From: Botryllus schlosseri | Lineage: Eukaryota | Length of the DNA stretch: 64,000 bases | Reading direction: 5' to 3' | Assembly (NCBI GenBank): GCA_051294905.1 | Contig: CM119371.1 | Span: 8,434,001 to 8,498,000 of the forward strand | In this document: one piece after another, positions 1 to 13,570 of the stretch | How positions within the stretch are numbered: the first letter of the stretch is position 1 | Layout: each line of letters opens with the position of its first letter | The notes under the pieces: model-generated | The model's database searches: none | The model's input: the letters and a program-made list of their open reading frames with translations, nothing else | What the model was told of the DNA's origin: nothing | Position numbers and translations under genes: made by a program

Positions 1-179
1 TCGACACTCCTGCTGTTAAACTTTATTCAACAATCAACATTTTACCTGCTGCATTAGCGGACCAAGTCCTACCCATACGGATCAAATAAAAGCTTGTAAT
101 GTATGCTCATTGCTCATGCTCAATGCTCCTTGCTCACACTTAACCATAAAAGCGACTATAGAAAGTATCGACACCCGCC

Positions 180-672
180 ATCAACAGCGCGACGTGTCTC
201 TGGAGCCCTACGCAACAAGCAGGGCTAAGGCAATCGATATCGTAATAATCTGACATATCCAATGTAGACTACTTAGACGTAGCCTACATATCTCTATCAG
301 CTGAAGGATATTGCGCGAAAATTGGTAGGGCCATAATACATTCTTGTGGACCCAGTTGTACCCTTACAAGTCAAGGAAAGGCTGGTGTGTGCTCGCTTTT
401 AGCGAAGCGCATAGAAAAAGTATCAACAGCGCCACGCATCTCTGGAGCCCTACGCAACAAGCGGGCTAAGGCAATCGATATCATAATAATCTGACATATC
501 CAATGTAGACTACTTAGACGTAGCCTACATATCTCTATCAGCTGAAGGATATTGCGCGAAAATTGGTAGGGTTCTAATACATTCTGTGGACCCAGTTCTA
601 CCCTTACAAGTCAAGGAAAGGCTGGTGTGTGCTCGCTTGTACCGAAACGCATAGAAAAAGTATCAACAGCGC
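180..672. repeat. ~240-bp tandem duplication (2 copies plus the start of a third)
   Basis: ATCAACAGC recurs at ~180, ~422 and ~662. The block CTGGAGCCCTACGCAACAAG...GCATAGAAAAAGT is present twice, with near-identical sequence. Confidence 0.9.
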
Positions 673-3184
673 AGCGTTTCTCTGTGGCGCGGTTGCACAT
701 TGCTATTGCCGCGACGTCAGCTGATCCCACTCTCGCCGCTCGGCCGCATCCTTGCTCTTGAGGTAGTCTCTCGTTTCGCCAGACATCTTTGTTGCGTCAC
801 ACTGCCAATCTACTCGACAATGAATAATTTCGGGCTGATTGTGGGGGTTCCAGGGCCGCGAGCGGAATAAAATTTATATTTTCGTAATCAATGCAGAGTC
901 AGCTTTCGATTGATACCCGATTCATCAAATTTAATGCTCGGCAAGCCGGTCAAAAATCACCGTCAAATTGCCTGTAGCCAAATGGAAACTGTGACGTGAT
1001 ACAATTTCATTGAACCGTGCGATTTGCTTGTGTCGACACCATATAGGACACTATGATCTCACTCACTCTGGTCCTGCGTGGTAATGATCGATTGTCTCAG
1101 GATTGCGTCATACAGTCACGTGACTCAGTAAGTCATGCGTAAAGAAGAGACAGAGTCAATTTTTCATTTCATCAATGATAAAATACCAAGGGTACTACTA
1201 ATAACTGAATGATTGCTATAATGTTGTTCGATGGCAAAGACAGCGTTACCGGATACAAGTAAAATGTTCAACATCGGGGTGTTTCATACATATTTGTATT
1301 AAAAATTTCTTCAGTAAGTTTGGTAGGGAAATAATATGATCACCTGTTTATTTTATCGCAATCTCTTGGTATGTTGATCCGATAATTTGTTTATAACAAA
1401 CTGAAATGAGAAACAAGCGATCAACTATAAGGATTAACGTGACTATCGTAGGTATGTAAAGTCAGATCAGAGCAAACCTCAAGACAGCGAGTCGTCGGTC
1501 AGGTATTGGTACAGCACGACCATAATATCTTATCACCAATCTATTTGCTTGAAGCCCGGTACCACTGTCGGTTACAACCTTGGTTAGTTATATCTGTAAT
1601 AATATTGTTTATTAAAAACTGCGGCCTGAAGAAAAATCTATAGCTTAGGACATACCGATCAAATCACATTTTGCGAGGCTTTTCGACGTGTATCAATATT
1701 ACCGCTCTTTTGGATGCCTGGGATGATATATCACGTCAATAGTAACTTCATGAAGTTTCAGAGCGAAGATTGGCCAGCGACCTCTCAAACTCCCTCTCAA
1801 TTGATATCCGGTATGAATGTTTGACACCGCATGAAATTCGTCCGGCATGACTGTACTGATATGCATGTGAGCTCATAGACACATCATATGAGCATTAACC
1901 CACATCTTATAACATTCCCTGATGATGTGTGGACGTGCACACAACATGGCGGATTCTCGATGTCAGATCTCAGCCGATAATATGTGTCAGTCAAATATTG
2001 TATATACCTATGCACAATGTTGTGTCTCATTCAACGCTGTGAATTTACAGTGTATGTAGCGATTTCGGTGCGTATAGTGAGACGATATGAAAAATTAGAC
2101 TATAGTCTGTAATTTCACTGGAAATGGACATGGTCAATTTAACATGGGCATTTCGCGTCCAGTTAGTTCATTATGACTATGTCCTGGGACGCGGCCGTAA
2201 CCAAAATATGAAATCGAAATGTTGCCATCGACCACCCCTGCTCTAGTACCACTCTTGTTGAAAAACGGCTGCCTACATTGTATTTCCGGTTGATTTCAAT
2301 TTTCAAGGTCCACCGGTCCGCCAAATATCTTTTGAAATTGCACCGGTCCGCTAGGTAAGAAAGGTTGAGAACCGCTGTTAGTTTATTAATATTATATCGC
2401 TATTCGTTTTTTTTTTTCTGGAAGTTGAGGATCTGTTAAATCAAAAGCGAGAATGAAGCGGCACCACAGATATTTTAAATATATTTTTGTGCAACAATAA
2501 TGTTCGCCATGTAGTATGCAAATACCGTTTAATGAATGAGGTCTTCACTTCTGTAAATAACTACGTTTAGGTCTATTTTTCCACAAAACTCGGAGTTCAG
2601 TGTATACTTTTTCGTTACCGAATTTAAGGTGTCTATGGCAGGGACTTGTTGCTGATGGCCATTACAGTGAAAGCGTAACATCACTGTTATAATGTGGCCT
2701 ATGAACATACCCAACATTTTCTCTCTTGAGTTATTATTTAATAAAGGTATTGCGTACTAAAATTTTCAACGGTTATCAAAAATGTGCTGCTCAAATTGTG
2801 CCGCATATTGCAGCCTTTTCTCTGAATCGTCGTATGAAATCGTCTGGCGGGCCGGATGCGGCCTGCGGGCCATATGTATGAAACCGCAGCTATATCGCAT
2901 GCCAATACGGTAATGGCAATATGGGGTACCGTAACCTCTCCGAGCACATTTGTTCATTATAATTTTGGGTCAGAGAGGGAGGGATAATATATGACAAAAA
3001 GACGTGGAATCTAACACATGAAAGAATAGCGATATAGAGAATGAATATTTATAGATATGATTATAATTACAATAATTGCGACATGAAGCTGCACGTGATC
3101 CGGTGATCATCGAATCTACTACAAATCTTAGCAGTGTGATGTGTATTGTTTAAAAAAAAATAGTGAATGTAACATTATATAGTG

Positions 3185-3950
3185 CAGTGGTTCGCAGCCG
3201 GGGGTACGCGAAGCATTTTCAGGGGTCTACGAAACCTGTAAATTTGCAAAATGGTTGATAACCTGATTTGTATTTCTTTTAATTAGTGAAATCACGAGGC
3301 AATTTAGCTTCCTAACTGCTAAAAGTTGAAGACTGAAACCAACAGAATTGCCGTCTGAGGTGGAAATCCTGCTGTGCAAACAATTGCCAAATTGCCAATA
3401 GTCTGTTGATACAAACATATTGCTGTTTAGAGATGTTCTGTTGGGGTTTGCGGGAAAATAAAAATAAAGTAAGGTCAAACGGGGTGAGTTTCAAATGTTT
3501 GCTAAAGTCCATTTTATCCTGTAATATAAACTACATACCCACCATCTCATATGACTTCAAGATGACCTGCTAGATAGAAATATGTAGGCTATCCGGTATA
3601 TGTTCATTCACAAATTTTGGTGCCGTATATGTTGCGATCACACCCAAAGATGACGTCGGAATCGTGGATTTTCGGCACTCTTGCAAATCAAATCGAAGAT
3701 GCCGATTTTCAAGACACGATCATGTATTTAAGACATGCAGTTACAGAATTCGCATCGAAATAATATAGGTTCACTCAATTTTGACATATATAGTATTATG
3801 TTATTTTCAAGAAAATACATGTTGTTGCTGTTTATCACTAGCCTAATGTAAATATTTTGCACCAGACAGATTACGCTTGCACAATAGTTGAGCTAAATTC
3901 GAAGTAAAACTTTTGGGGGTCCACGAAGATAAAAAGGTTGAGAACCACTG
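3185..3950. mobile_element. Non-autonomous hAT (Charlie/Buster-type) MITE, 766 bp
   Basis: Ends CAGTGGTTCGCAGCC / GGTTGAGAACCACTG; exact 8-bp TSD ATATAGTG at 3177-3184 and 3951-3958. Confidence 0.9.
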
Positions 3951-5007
3951 ATATAGTGGGTACTGCGGTTGTGATTGTAATCTTAGAGATCTTCCACTTC
4001 AACAGCTTTTGTAACGAACTTACGTGTTCCCCAAATTTAGTTGGGCAAAATAGAATGTAGAATTTAGATTAGTGCGCATCTCTTTTATCAATGCAATATC
4101 AATAACGATTCCCCAATCTTGTCCGTTTATCACAGTATCAGTGTAGGTAGTTTTGAACTTTGCATCCATTTTGGCGCTAATACTCATGCTGAATTAGTTT
4201 CTCAGGTGGATACGGCTATTATGGAAGCTTTCGACTTTGGGAAATGACGTCTAATATACGTATAATGCCTTTTATCTACCGATCTCATCAAACTATGCAT
4301 TGCATCGCAGATATATCACGCAACAGCAGACGCAAGTGATAGCAGCATGCTCGACATACCTCTTGGAAAGATGAGCGTAGACGCTACTTGTCAATTATTT
4401 GCTGAAAACGCTTATAACCTGTGATATGATGTCCATATCGCCTATCAGAAGGTCAACTTTAACAGCGTGGAAATCGTGATATTTACCTAAATATAATCGA
4501 GATATGCCTGCATTACGGCATAGCGGGTCGGGAGAAATTAGAGGTAAATGAAATCGCTTTAAATTTTTAGTACATGAATCTATCCGGGGAGTAGCCTATT
4601 ATAGATCATTTTTCGCATTCAAGTATTATAGATGACAGCATAAGAAAGTACTAACACGATATAGCAGATCTGCCATTTCTGACTCAAATTGGTTCTCATT
4701 ATAATTTGCGCCTCGTTACCTCCAATGACGATATTGCAGAGTAGCTTGCGGCAACTGCTGGATGAAGGAAGGAAATGGTGAAGAGCGAAAATACGCTACC
4801 GCTAGGCACACCGATCGAGTCCATGGTCTATCTCAGACGCGGCGGAATGAGCGATAGCCCTATTCATTATCATCAACGAACAGAAAATTGTACTTTAAAT
4901 GCGGAAAGCGATCTTTGAAATTAGTAAATCACATACTACTTTTGACTCATTCATTGTAGCCATCTCGTTTTAATTTATATATAGAGTGTTTGATTGGATG
5001 GTTTGTA

Positions 5008-6215
5008 CAGTAATGATTAGGGCAAGTTTTTGCAACTTTTGCAACTTTTTTACAGCCTCCGACAGCTTCCTAGATACTGGGAATCTATGTACTATGATGT
5101 TGTAAGCTGTGTGGAGCGATTTTATTGTGCAACTTTTTACAACTTTTCTCTATTTTTCGTGTCAATTTTACTGCAACTTCTATCAAACATTGCGTAAAAT
5201 GTAAAGGGGTGATTTAAAAACATGCTATATACTACTTTTAGTTATGATTTTATTCTCTTTGATTTGCAAAACAAAGAGCTATATGACGGTTTAGCTGGAT
5301 CTCACTGTTATCTATGCCACAATGGCATGAAAGCAATAAGTTCAACTACCCCCGCCATCCTGCCAAGCACGACCGTGCTCGAGCAATATGTAAAATAGTA
5401 AATAGATCGCTGTATTGATTCTGCCGTTTTAAATTTGAAATAGTTTCCCATTTCACGAACGCCCTGGCGAGACCACCAAAAATTACATTTACAATGGTTC
5501 ATCTTTTTCGGGCTATTGATTTTGTTAACGTTGCCTGGAGTGAGTTTTTCTGTAATGACTTGAGAGACCTAGGGGGTTTGGGGTGTGTTATTCGCAGATA
5601 TTTCGGGAAGGAAGGAAGTGGCGGATGGCGGAAGTTCTTCATACGAACTCAGCGTGAATGAATTATCCACGCGACATTTGCTCGAAGGCCTCTGACGATC
5701 TCGTTGTCGAAGATCACGGCAATCATCAGATCCCGGTTCGTAGTTTTTCGGTTGGAAATTATTCCAGCATTGCATGATTTTTTGCTGTTTTACGGGGGAA
5801 ATGTAATTTTAGGCGGTTTCGTCAGATAGTATTTTTTTGTGGTATTCATGGTGTTTGTCGACTACTATGGTCATTTACACCAGGCCGATATTGCTCATTA
5901 TTTTCCGTAACTGCCGACTTATAGAACGGCCCACCTCTAGGCTTTTTGTAAGACACCGCTTACGCAGATGAGGTGGCGAGGAGGAGCCTAGGTAAACCTC
6001 CAACACTTAGGTATCGGAATTCTGAAGTCGACCGTCAGATAGTTAAATGGAGTTAGGAGAAGTAACAAATTTGACAGCTCTGCAGGAAGTAAGTTATAAA
6101 ATGGAGCCTTTCGAGTATCTTGTATACCCTAATAATTCAACGAAAATTATAAATGCAACTTTTGACTGCAACTTTTGTTAAAATTAAATACAAAAACTTG
6201 CCCTAATCATAACTG
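5008..6215. mobile_element. Non-autonomous Tc1/pogo-type element
   Basis: ~25-bp TIR CAGT(A/T)ATGATTAGGGCAAGTTTTTG flanked by TA on both sides; subterminal GCAACTTTT repeats. Confidence 0.85.
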
Positions 6216-7645
6216 TACGAATAGGTTTATAATTTGATTGTATTATTGTTTAATTGTAAATCAGGTCTCAATTTACATTTTAAATAGTTCATGGATGCAT
6301 GAATTGACAGTATTCTGCATTCCACGACGTTTTGAACGCTTCGAAGGTCTAAAAACTATCATATACTTGACAATACGGTGGTATGTGTATTGTGCTTTGT
6401 CGATATCTGCATTCATACTAATCCTCTGTGGCTTTATGATATATTTGAGTGGAATTACGCGATGGTCAATGCTTCTCAAATTTCAGAGTCTGCCTTCCAG
6501 TATTCCCGATGAGAACAACCGAAAGTTTTGTTTCGGCGCTATTCGTGGATTGTCGACCAACGACAAGATTACATTTCCCAACCACAGGAACAAAATAATG
6601 CCTGTTGTTTGAACCAACAAAATTAGTAAGCAAAAAGCAGCGCAGCAAAGCAAAGACCATTGCATGACATAGGCTCCGTTAGATGTCAGTTTCTAATTGT
6701 CCTAATGTATTCGTCTTTGTGCAGTAACATGCGTACAAATGAATTATTTTACTTCTTCATGAATAAACGATAATTTTTAAATAAACTTTTTCCTTTAAGT
6801 AGCGAGGTTTGACTACATTTTTTGCATATCAGATATCTTCATAACTGGTGCGTTGTTGTTACATCTGTTTCGTGTATATTCATGATGCAACGACACAGTG
6901 GTAACAGTGGGCAAAATCACCGTGTTATGCGTTTTGACAGTAATTTTAGTTGATATGAACATTATTTTTTACGATAATCACAATTTATGAACATTTTAAT
7001 GTATATCTGAGGTTGAAATTACTTCCGGTTCAGAGAATTCAATTTGTGATTATCAAATCTGCGATTTAACCGAGTTAAAATTTCTCGGGAGTAACTATAA
7101 ACGAGTTTTCCGTCCGCCATTATATGGAACCTGGTACATCCGTGAAATCACTGTCGATAACAACATGCAACTCAGCAGTTAGCAATGCAGTTTGGTATAG
7201 TTTACAATTCATACTGCCATGTCTGTGTGCGAAACCTGCGACTAATGTACGGCTAAGCCTATTTTGTGCTACTGATGACAGTACGTGTTCATTCTCTTCT
7301 AATAATTGATTTCAATCGCCGGATTGCAATGGAATCACATGTGTATTGCACTGGTTGCACTGCACCTCGTTTCTCCAACGGTGCTAGTAACATCGGTAGG
7401 CGCATGAAGGTTAACCCAAGATAACCTTTATATTTGAAGCAATTCGCTCTAGATCGGCATTACGTCGTTTTGGAGCAGATTGAGGACCGCAAAGCTGCAG
7501 CATTTGTATAGGTGCGATTCACGATACTTCATGGTTGTTGCAGGATTTATTTTATACCTTAAAACTAACATAAATATATTTACTGCGTCGTTTCTAAGGT
7601 GTCGTCCCGGAAATCTGTCTTCACCAAACGTTTAGAAGTATTGCG

Positions 7646-8590
7646 ATGGCAATCGATTGGATGCGGAGGAAATTGACTTATGTGACCGATCACATATTCC
7701 TGTTGATTGTGGCGTTAATGTTACTGGACACCGCTACAAACATCTACTCCACAATACAGTACTGTACACGCGAAGACCTACTACAAGGAAATGTACCCGC
7801 TATATTGTCAGCATTAGGTGTCATGATTGGTGTCTGCGTAAACACCGTGGTTATCAAACATGTCTGTTTGGCGAAGCAGTTGGCGAACAGCTCGAAGGAA
7901 TGGAAAGGTCTGGTTTATCGTTTTTTGACGACGTGGAAAAACGTACAATGCATGTGTGAATCAATCCCTCACTTATGTATCAACCTCTATCTGCTGTCGA
8001 AGAAAACAGTTCTAGAAATAGAGGACAATTTGTTGACTGAAGCATCGCCCATGATATCCTTCTGGTCAATTTTATTGTCGCTACATGTGCCGTACGAAGA
8101 GTATCTCGAGGCAAAAGGCGTTCAAGCATCTTTCACAGAGAGGTGGTTCGTTCTCGTGGCCAGACTAGGAGTATTCGTTACGAGGATAGCTGTTTTCGTT
8201 CATTTCGCAGTGGTCTTTGACTTCATAGGCGCTTTATTACTTTCCGCTATGTGGTTTTTTCGCTATATTTTCCTGCAATGCCGGATGGGCGAAGATAGTG
8301 ATAATTTTTTATACTGGTTTAAATCGAGGAATGGTGGGTCTACAGTGGCGACTTATTTCATGCTTACGCCTTTTTTGCCGCACAAATGTAGCAAAGGAGG
8401 TGCACTAATATTATTTGTTTTCTTCCTCGATCAAATGGTGGTTGTGTATATGTCTGATGTTTTGCATCAAAGTCAGTCTATTCAACAACAACCTCCGTGT
8501 CTGATCAGTTCTGTAGAAGTTAATTTGGTCAGTATCCTATCCTCTGGTTGCTTGATATTTTCCATAGCTCTCAGTAACATTTCGTCTTAG
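7646..8590 (+). CDS. XK-related (XKR scramblase family) multi-pass membrane protein, 314 aa
   Basis: Uninterrupted ORF with multiple hydrophobic segments; CESIPHLCINLYLL matches the XKR ESxPQLxLQLY motif. A 5' exon cannot be excluded. Confidence 0.75.
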   Translation: MAIDWMRRKLTYVTDHIFLLIVALMLLDTATNIYSTIQYCTREDLLQGNVPAILSALGVMIGVCVNTVVIKHVCLAKQLANSSKEWKGLVYRFLTTWKNVQCMCESIPHLCINLYLLSKKTVLEIEDNLLTEASPMISFWSILLSLHVPYEEYLEAKGVQASFTERWFVLVARLGVFVTRIAVFVHFAVVFDFIGALLLSAMWFFRYIFLQCRMGEDSDNFLYWFKSRNGGSTVATYFMLTPFLPHKCSKGGALILFVFFLDQMVVVYMSDVLHQSQSIQQQPPCLISSVEVNLVSILSSGCLIFSIALSNISS

Positions 8591-9312
8591 ATATCCTGCA
8601 TGACATGATTGCGAATTCACTTCCCTTTTATAGCATCGCCGAAAATAAAATTAATACCAAGCTTGTGTACATTCGTCAGTCTGTATGGCTGAAATGAAAT
8701 AAGTGTGAAATACGTTAGTGGTAACCAGAAGGTATATATGACTATTTACAGACTTCCACAATTGACGCTATACTATACCACACAGTATATATGTTGATCT
8801 CTTGCAGAAAAATTAGGAGTTTTGACTCTCTCATTCAAGTCGTATACAGGCATACATATATGCTACCGCGAATAATTCAGCACTTGTATGGTGTCAAAGT
8901 AACTGCAGCAAAAGATCAAAAACATGTTAAAACACAGCTGTAGCAGATATGGGTGACTGGAAAATACGCAGTCATCATTGCAGACTACAAAAAACCAGCA
9001 GGAACATTATATAAAGGTGTCATGATTAGAAGAACACCCCGCCTGCGTATCAGGTCCGCAACTGAAAATACTTATGAGTGTAGAATGAAAAATGGGTTGG
9101 AAACTGAACATGCGTACTTTACGTTCGCGGTTAGATGCAGATCACCCGAGATTTGAACTAATTTGAATTACCAAATCGATATGATGAAAATTCTACGAAT
9201 CCTGAACTTGAAACTATTTGTTTGGCGGTATATTACAGGAAAAGGCCAATTTGGCTTCAAAACATGGTAGTTGTTTTCATGACGGAAATTAAGCAGGAAG
9301 TTTCTCCGATTT

Positions 9313-10939
9313 TTACACGTCTTTGATGCGTTTGATCGTAGCACTATCTAGATCACACAGTTCAAAAGATAAAATACCGCCAGAAAACGTTTTAGTTGTG
9401 CATTGTGAGAACGTGTTGTTGGTGGATTTCATCACAATGTCAGATATTTTCAACAGCGTGTCGAGGCTGCTAACCCGAGACAACCTTTCCTGCAACCATC
9501 GCAAATTAAAATAGAACTCCTTCGGAACATGTGGCAGCGCTGACGCTGGCAGGACATCAATTTCCACCGATGCACATTCTTCTTCATCTTGCTTCGGCGG
9601 TGCTTTGCGTATCCTCGAATCTGTTCCATACCTTTTCTTTATATGATCAGCTATCTTTATATCTTCCGACATGGACTTGATGTTTGTTCCGAATTTAGAT
9701 CTTTGCAAAACTGACTTATGCAATTTGACTTTTAAGCAGCGGAACTCCTCTGTGGTGGGTGTAGGCCGTGTGTCAGGCAATCGTGTGCCCGAATCAAGAT
9801 TCGCCTTTGTTTCATTTCTACTTTTGGTACTCGTGAAGATTGATTTCTTCTGCGTTCCGCGAACATATGTTTCGAAGCCGTGTCCGCTAGACTCGGCCCA
9901 TCTGTTCTTGTCGACTGCTGGGTCCACACCCTTGGCGGTTACCGGCTTCCGCGTAGTATTGCGAGACGGCGAAAGTTTCCTCTTTCTTGGGTCCTTTTTG
10001 GGGCTTGAAACGTTACGCTGCTTCAAATCTAAATCATAATTTATCATTTTATGCTCTTCGCCCTTCAATTCGCACTTGACAGTTGATCTGGATTTAGTTC
10101 TTCGCAGTGTGGACTTGTGCAATTTCATTTCTAGGCTGCGGAACTTGTCAGGTGCAGGTGCAGGTTTATCATGCGTTATTAACATCCATCGGCCCGAATT
10201 AGGTGTCTCCTGGTTTTCATTCTTACCTCTAGTACTTTCGGAAGTCAAATTATTTTGCGTTCCGCGGATACATTTTTCCAAACAGTGGTAGACTGCGGTA
10301 GACTAGTGGTAGACTGCGGTAGACTTGGCCAAACTTTTCTTGTCGACAGCCACCGCTTCTTTGACGCCAACAGGCTTCAACGCAGTATGGCGAGACGTTC
10401 TGCCTTTTCTTGGTTGATTTTCAATACAATTTAGTACAGAATTATGTGTAGTTCCAGATGCCAATATTTTCAAAGTCGATTCTGCGCGCTGTGAAAGGTT
10501 GAGAAGTTTCTTCGCAGTCGTTTTCGACTGTGCCTTCCCTTTCGTATCCGTTCGGGTGTACTTTCTAACGTCGACCCTTTCTCGTTCTGATATTTGCTTG
10601 CCAGAGACGCCGAACATTTCCGTTTTTTCTTCTTAACTGGTGCTTCATCATTTTGAGTAAGCTATTTTAACATATTTGCTCGAAATGGTGATAATTTTCT
10701 TTTCCGCGTCACATTCAATTTTAAATTATCTTCAGTCCAGCGAAGTACTGACTCGATCAATTCGTGAATCGCTCCCTTAGGTCTGTGGGCGATGCGCACT
10801 TTTGGCCGATGAGCAGCGACTACGACACCTTCCATACTGCTTCCTGTGTGTACGATTCGCAACGTCCAGCTCGACAACTTTTTAATAAATGCGAGCATAT
10901 CGTTACCATTCCCAGAAGACAACTCTACATTGTCTACAA
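9313..10939 (-). pseudogene. Disrupted intronless gene with basic repeated blocks and a C-terminal AF9/ENL ANC1-homology (AHD)-like domain
   Basis: C-terminus LRWLQERLSRV...LLKISDIV...LSFELCDLDSATIKRIKD resembles AF9/ENL AHD (FDFDLCSLDKTTVRKLQ). ORFs 10303-10617 and 9313-10281 are in frame across one TAG. There is a further break near 10620-10662 and a hAT insertion at 10940. Confidence 0.6.
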
Positions 10940-12508
10940 CAGGGGTCGGCAACCTTTTGCTAGTCGCGGGCCAAATTTTGGGTGTACAACCTTTTGGCGG
11001 GCCGGAGTTTTTCTTAGTACTATATTTTACGCTCATTTCGGTATATTATCCTACATTGCTGCAATTTCAATCATACCAATCAGAAGACACATGTATTTAC
11101 ACTTCAACAACACAGAATAAATGTGACTATTGACGCAGCTTGCTTTGTAAAAGGTTTTCAACTTTTGGTAACAAGTCAGATGAAACAAGAATCAGACCCT
11201 ATTCAAAATGGACGTCCGAAATACATGATCTTAGATTGCTCTTCGTGAATTTCATTGTTCAAAACTATTGTTCACATGCGTACGTGCTTCCAAAAATCGA
11301 TGCAATTTCTTTTGCATTGTTGGTCAAGCTGGGATAAAGACCAATTTCAAGAACGTACTCTTTGTCAAAGTCATGCAGCGATATGCTCTTTGTATGAAAT
11401 TTGTCATTCAATTCAACTGCATCGCATTTCAGAAAGGCCCATTTGAAATTTTCAAGCAATGGTATTGGCGTCCACATTAAACGGAGTACTGAACAGTCAG
11501 AATTCATTTTGTAGAGAAGGAAAGTCGGAAAAGCAGGTGAATATTCAATAGTTGAATTTCGTATCACAGTTACAAATGTAGTGTTGGTACTAGGTTTTCC
11601 TTCCTCCAGTATAGGAAAGTGAGCATAATTTTCTTTGTCACAGATTTGTTTTGAATGCGCATCAACATCTTATGTATTTAGTTGTTTTCGCCCTAAAGTT
11701 GCAAATTCGATTTGTTCAGATGTAACGTTAAATGTACCAGGAAAGCAAGATGAGATACCCATTTTCGATTACAAGATTATGAGTCGGCGATATTTGTGTT
11801 TTCGAGGAAAGTTGCTATTTCATTTCTCAGTTCATACACTCGTGTAAGCATAGCTGCTCGACCTAATGCGCGAACATGACAGATATAGGCCTACATGACA
11901 TCGCCATATTGATTCTCTGCTTCTAGTAATATCTGGCGTAACGGATTCAGTTATTTAGACAAATATCATATAAACAGTTTTCACCATTGTGGCCAAAACA
12001 CTATTCAGGTTTGTTGTCTTGGCACACAATGCCTTCTGGAAAATTAAACTATAGATAAGCTAACTAACATACAGAGGCTAGTTATCTATAATTGAACAGT
12101 TTGAGATTCCGTCATTGCGTCTGAGATGTTGCAAGCGTTTCTGAAACAAAGGAAGGCCACCTTTATTGTCACACCCCATTAGAGTGGTAAGTAAACCCTT
12201 TAAAAAAAGTATGGAACACCTTCGGTTGCGAGATACGACCCATTGATAAGCACTGATCCAGTCTAGTCTATCTTCAATTCCTACATCAACCACCTTCGTT
12301 TTATGGCGTAACAATAGACTAATACGATGTAGGCTACTATTATATCATAGCAATGCCGCATTTTTTCTTGCAGTGCTGCACTTTTGATTGAAACTCATTA
12401 TGAAACGGCGGGCCGTATTCTTGTGATAACTAATTATTATGTCGCGGGCCGGACGATTTCGCCTGACAGGCCGCATCCGGCCCGCGGGCCGTAGGTTGCC
12501 GACCCTTG
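10940..12508 (-). mobile_element. hAT (Buster/Charlie) deletion derivative with decayed transposase
   Basis: TIR CAGGGGTCGGCAACC / GGTTGCCGACCCTTG; exact 8-bp TSD GTCTACAA (10932-10939, 12509-12516). Minus-strand peptide YPSLTNNAKEIASIFGSTYACEQ matches the hAT C-terminal dimerisation motif. Confidence 0.92.
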
Positions 12509-13570
12509 GTCTACAATCATCGTCGGATTTTCTTCACTTTCTGTTTGATTTGAAATTCACTTTCATTTGGCGCTCATTGAGATATTGATAATTGCATATT
12601 TAATTTTAAATATGATACTAGCTGATAAGATCAAAATAGAATCAATTTTTGTATGACCAGTCCATGGTACGTAATAGCTATAGTGAGATTTTTATATGGT
12701 CATTATAATGATAATGATAATAGCTATAGCTGACAAGGTCGGAACATATTCAATTGTTGTCTGTCCACTCCAGTTATGACAAGAGGATTATGACTAATTG
12801 GGTTTACTGATATCGTCGTAATTTAACGTTCGCGGTCGATGAAGAAGATAGGATTGGAAAATTCCATTGTATCTTTATCAGATCATAGCCGACGAAATTA
12901 AATGAACCCTATCAACAGAGAGTCGAGAATTAAATAGTGAATTAAATATGTCTTCAAATCCATGGTGCAATATGTCTGAAATGTGGAAATCTTTATCTCC
13001 AATTAATTCCAACCATTCATAATACAAGTTTATCACATTCAAAATGTCAATCATTCACTTTGAAGTGGCGCGTTGACTCGCGAAGATGCATGATTCATTG
13101 CGCTTCATAGACAGTGTCCGTGTGCGCTAAAACATAGATATGCATATTTAATAAAAGATTTACAATCGATTTACCTTTACAAAATTGTATATTGTCACAT
13201 TCACCGCGTCCCAGTGGTGTTATTGGTATGTCAAAATGATGCCAATGCACATAAGCAGGCTGCAGTTTCAATGAAAATTGTCTTTCGCTCTATTTCAAAG
13301 GCATGTCACTGCTGAAGTCACGCACATTTTCCAACTGCTACAAGTCCAGTCGAGTCACCACCAATTGACTGTCTTTTGATGTAATATGATACATACGAAT
13401 ATAGGCAGTGCTCGACTCACCTGTCAAATTTGGCTGCATGCCATATCTGAACCTTACATGTTAACGACATTTCGAAACCTCCTCAAAAACCACACTGTTT
13501 GGTGATGATACTCACCTTCTCTCTTCCGCATCTTCGATGTCAGAGTTTGATGCCCTGACTAGTGTAGGCT

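Noticed and set aside
6238..6612. 124-aa ORF with a hydrophobic stretch
   Set aside because: Non-ATG start, no recognisable motif and no convincing splice partners; cannot be supported as a gene.
9671..10291. Plus-strand ORFs of 122 and 71 aa (also 57055-57354, 26054-26401, 36620-36967)
   Set aside because: Antisense shadows of coding frames on the other strand.
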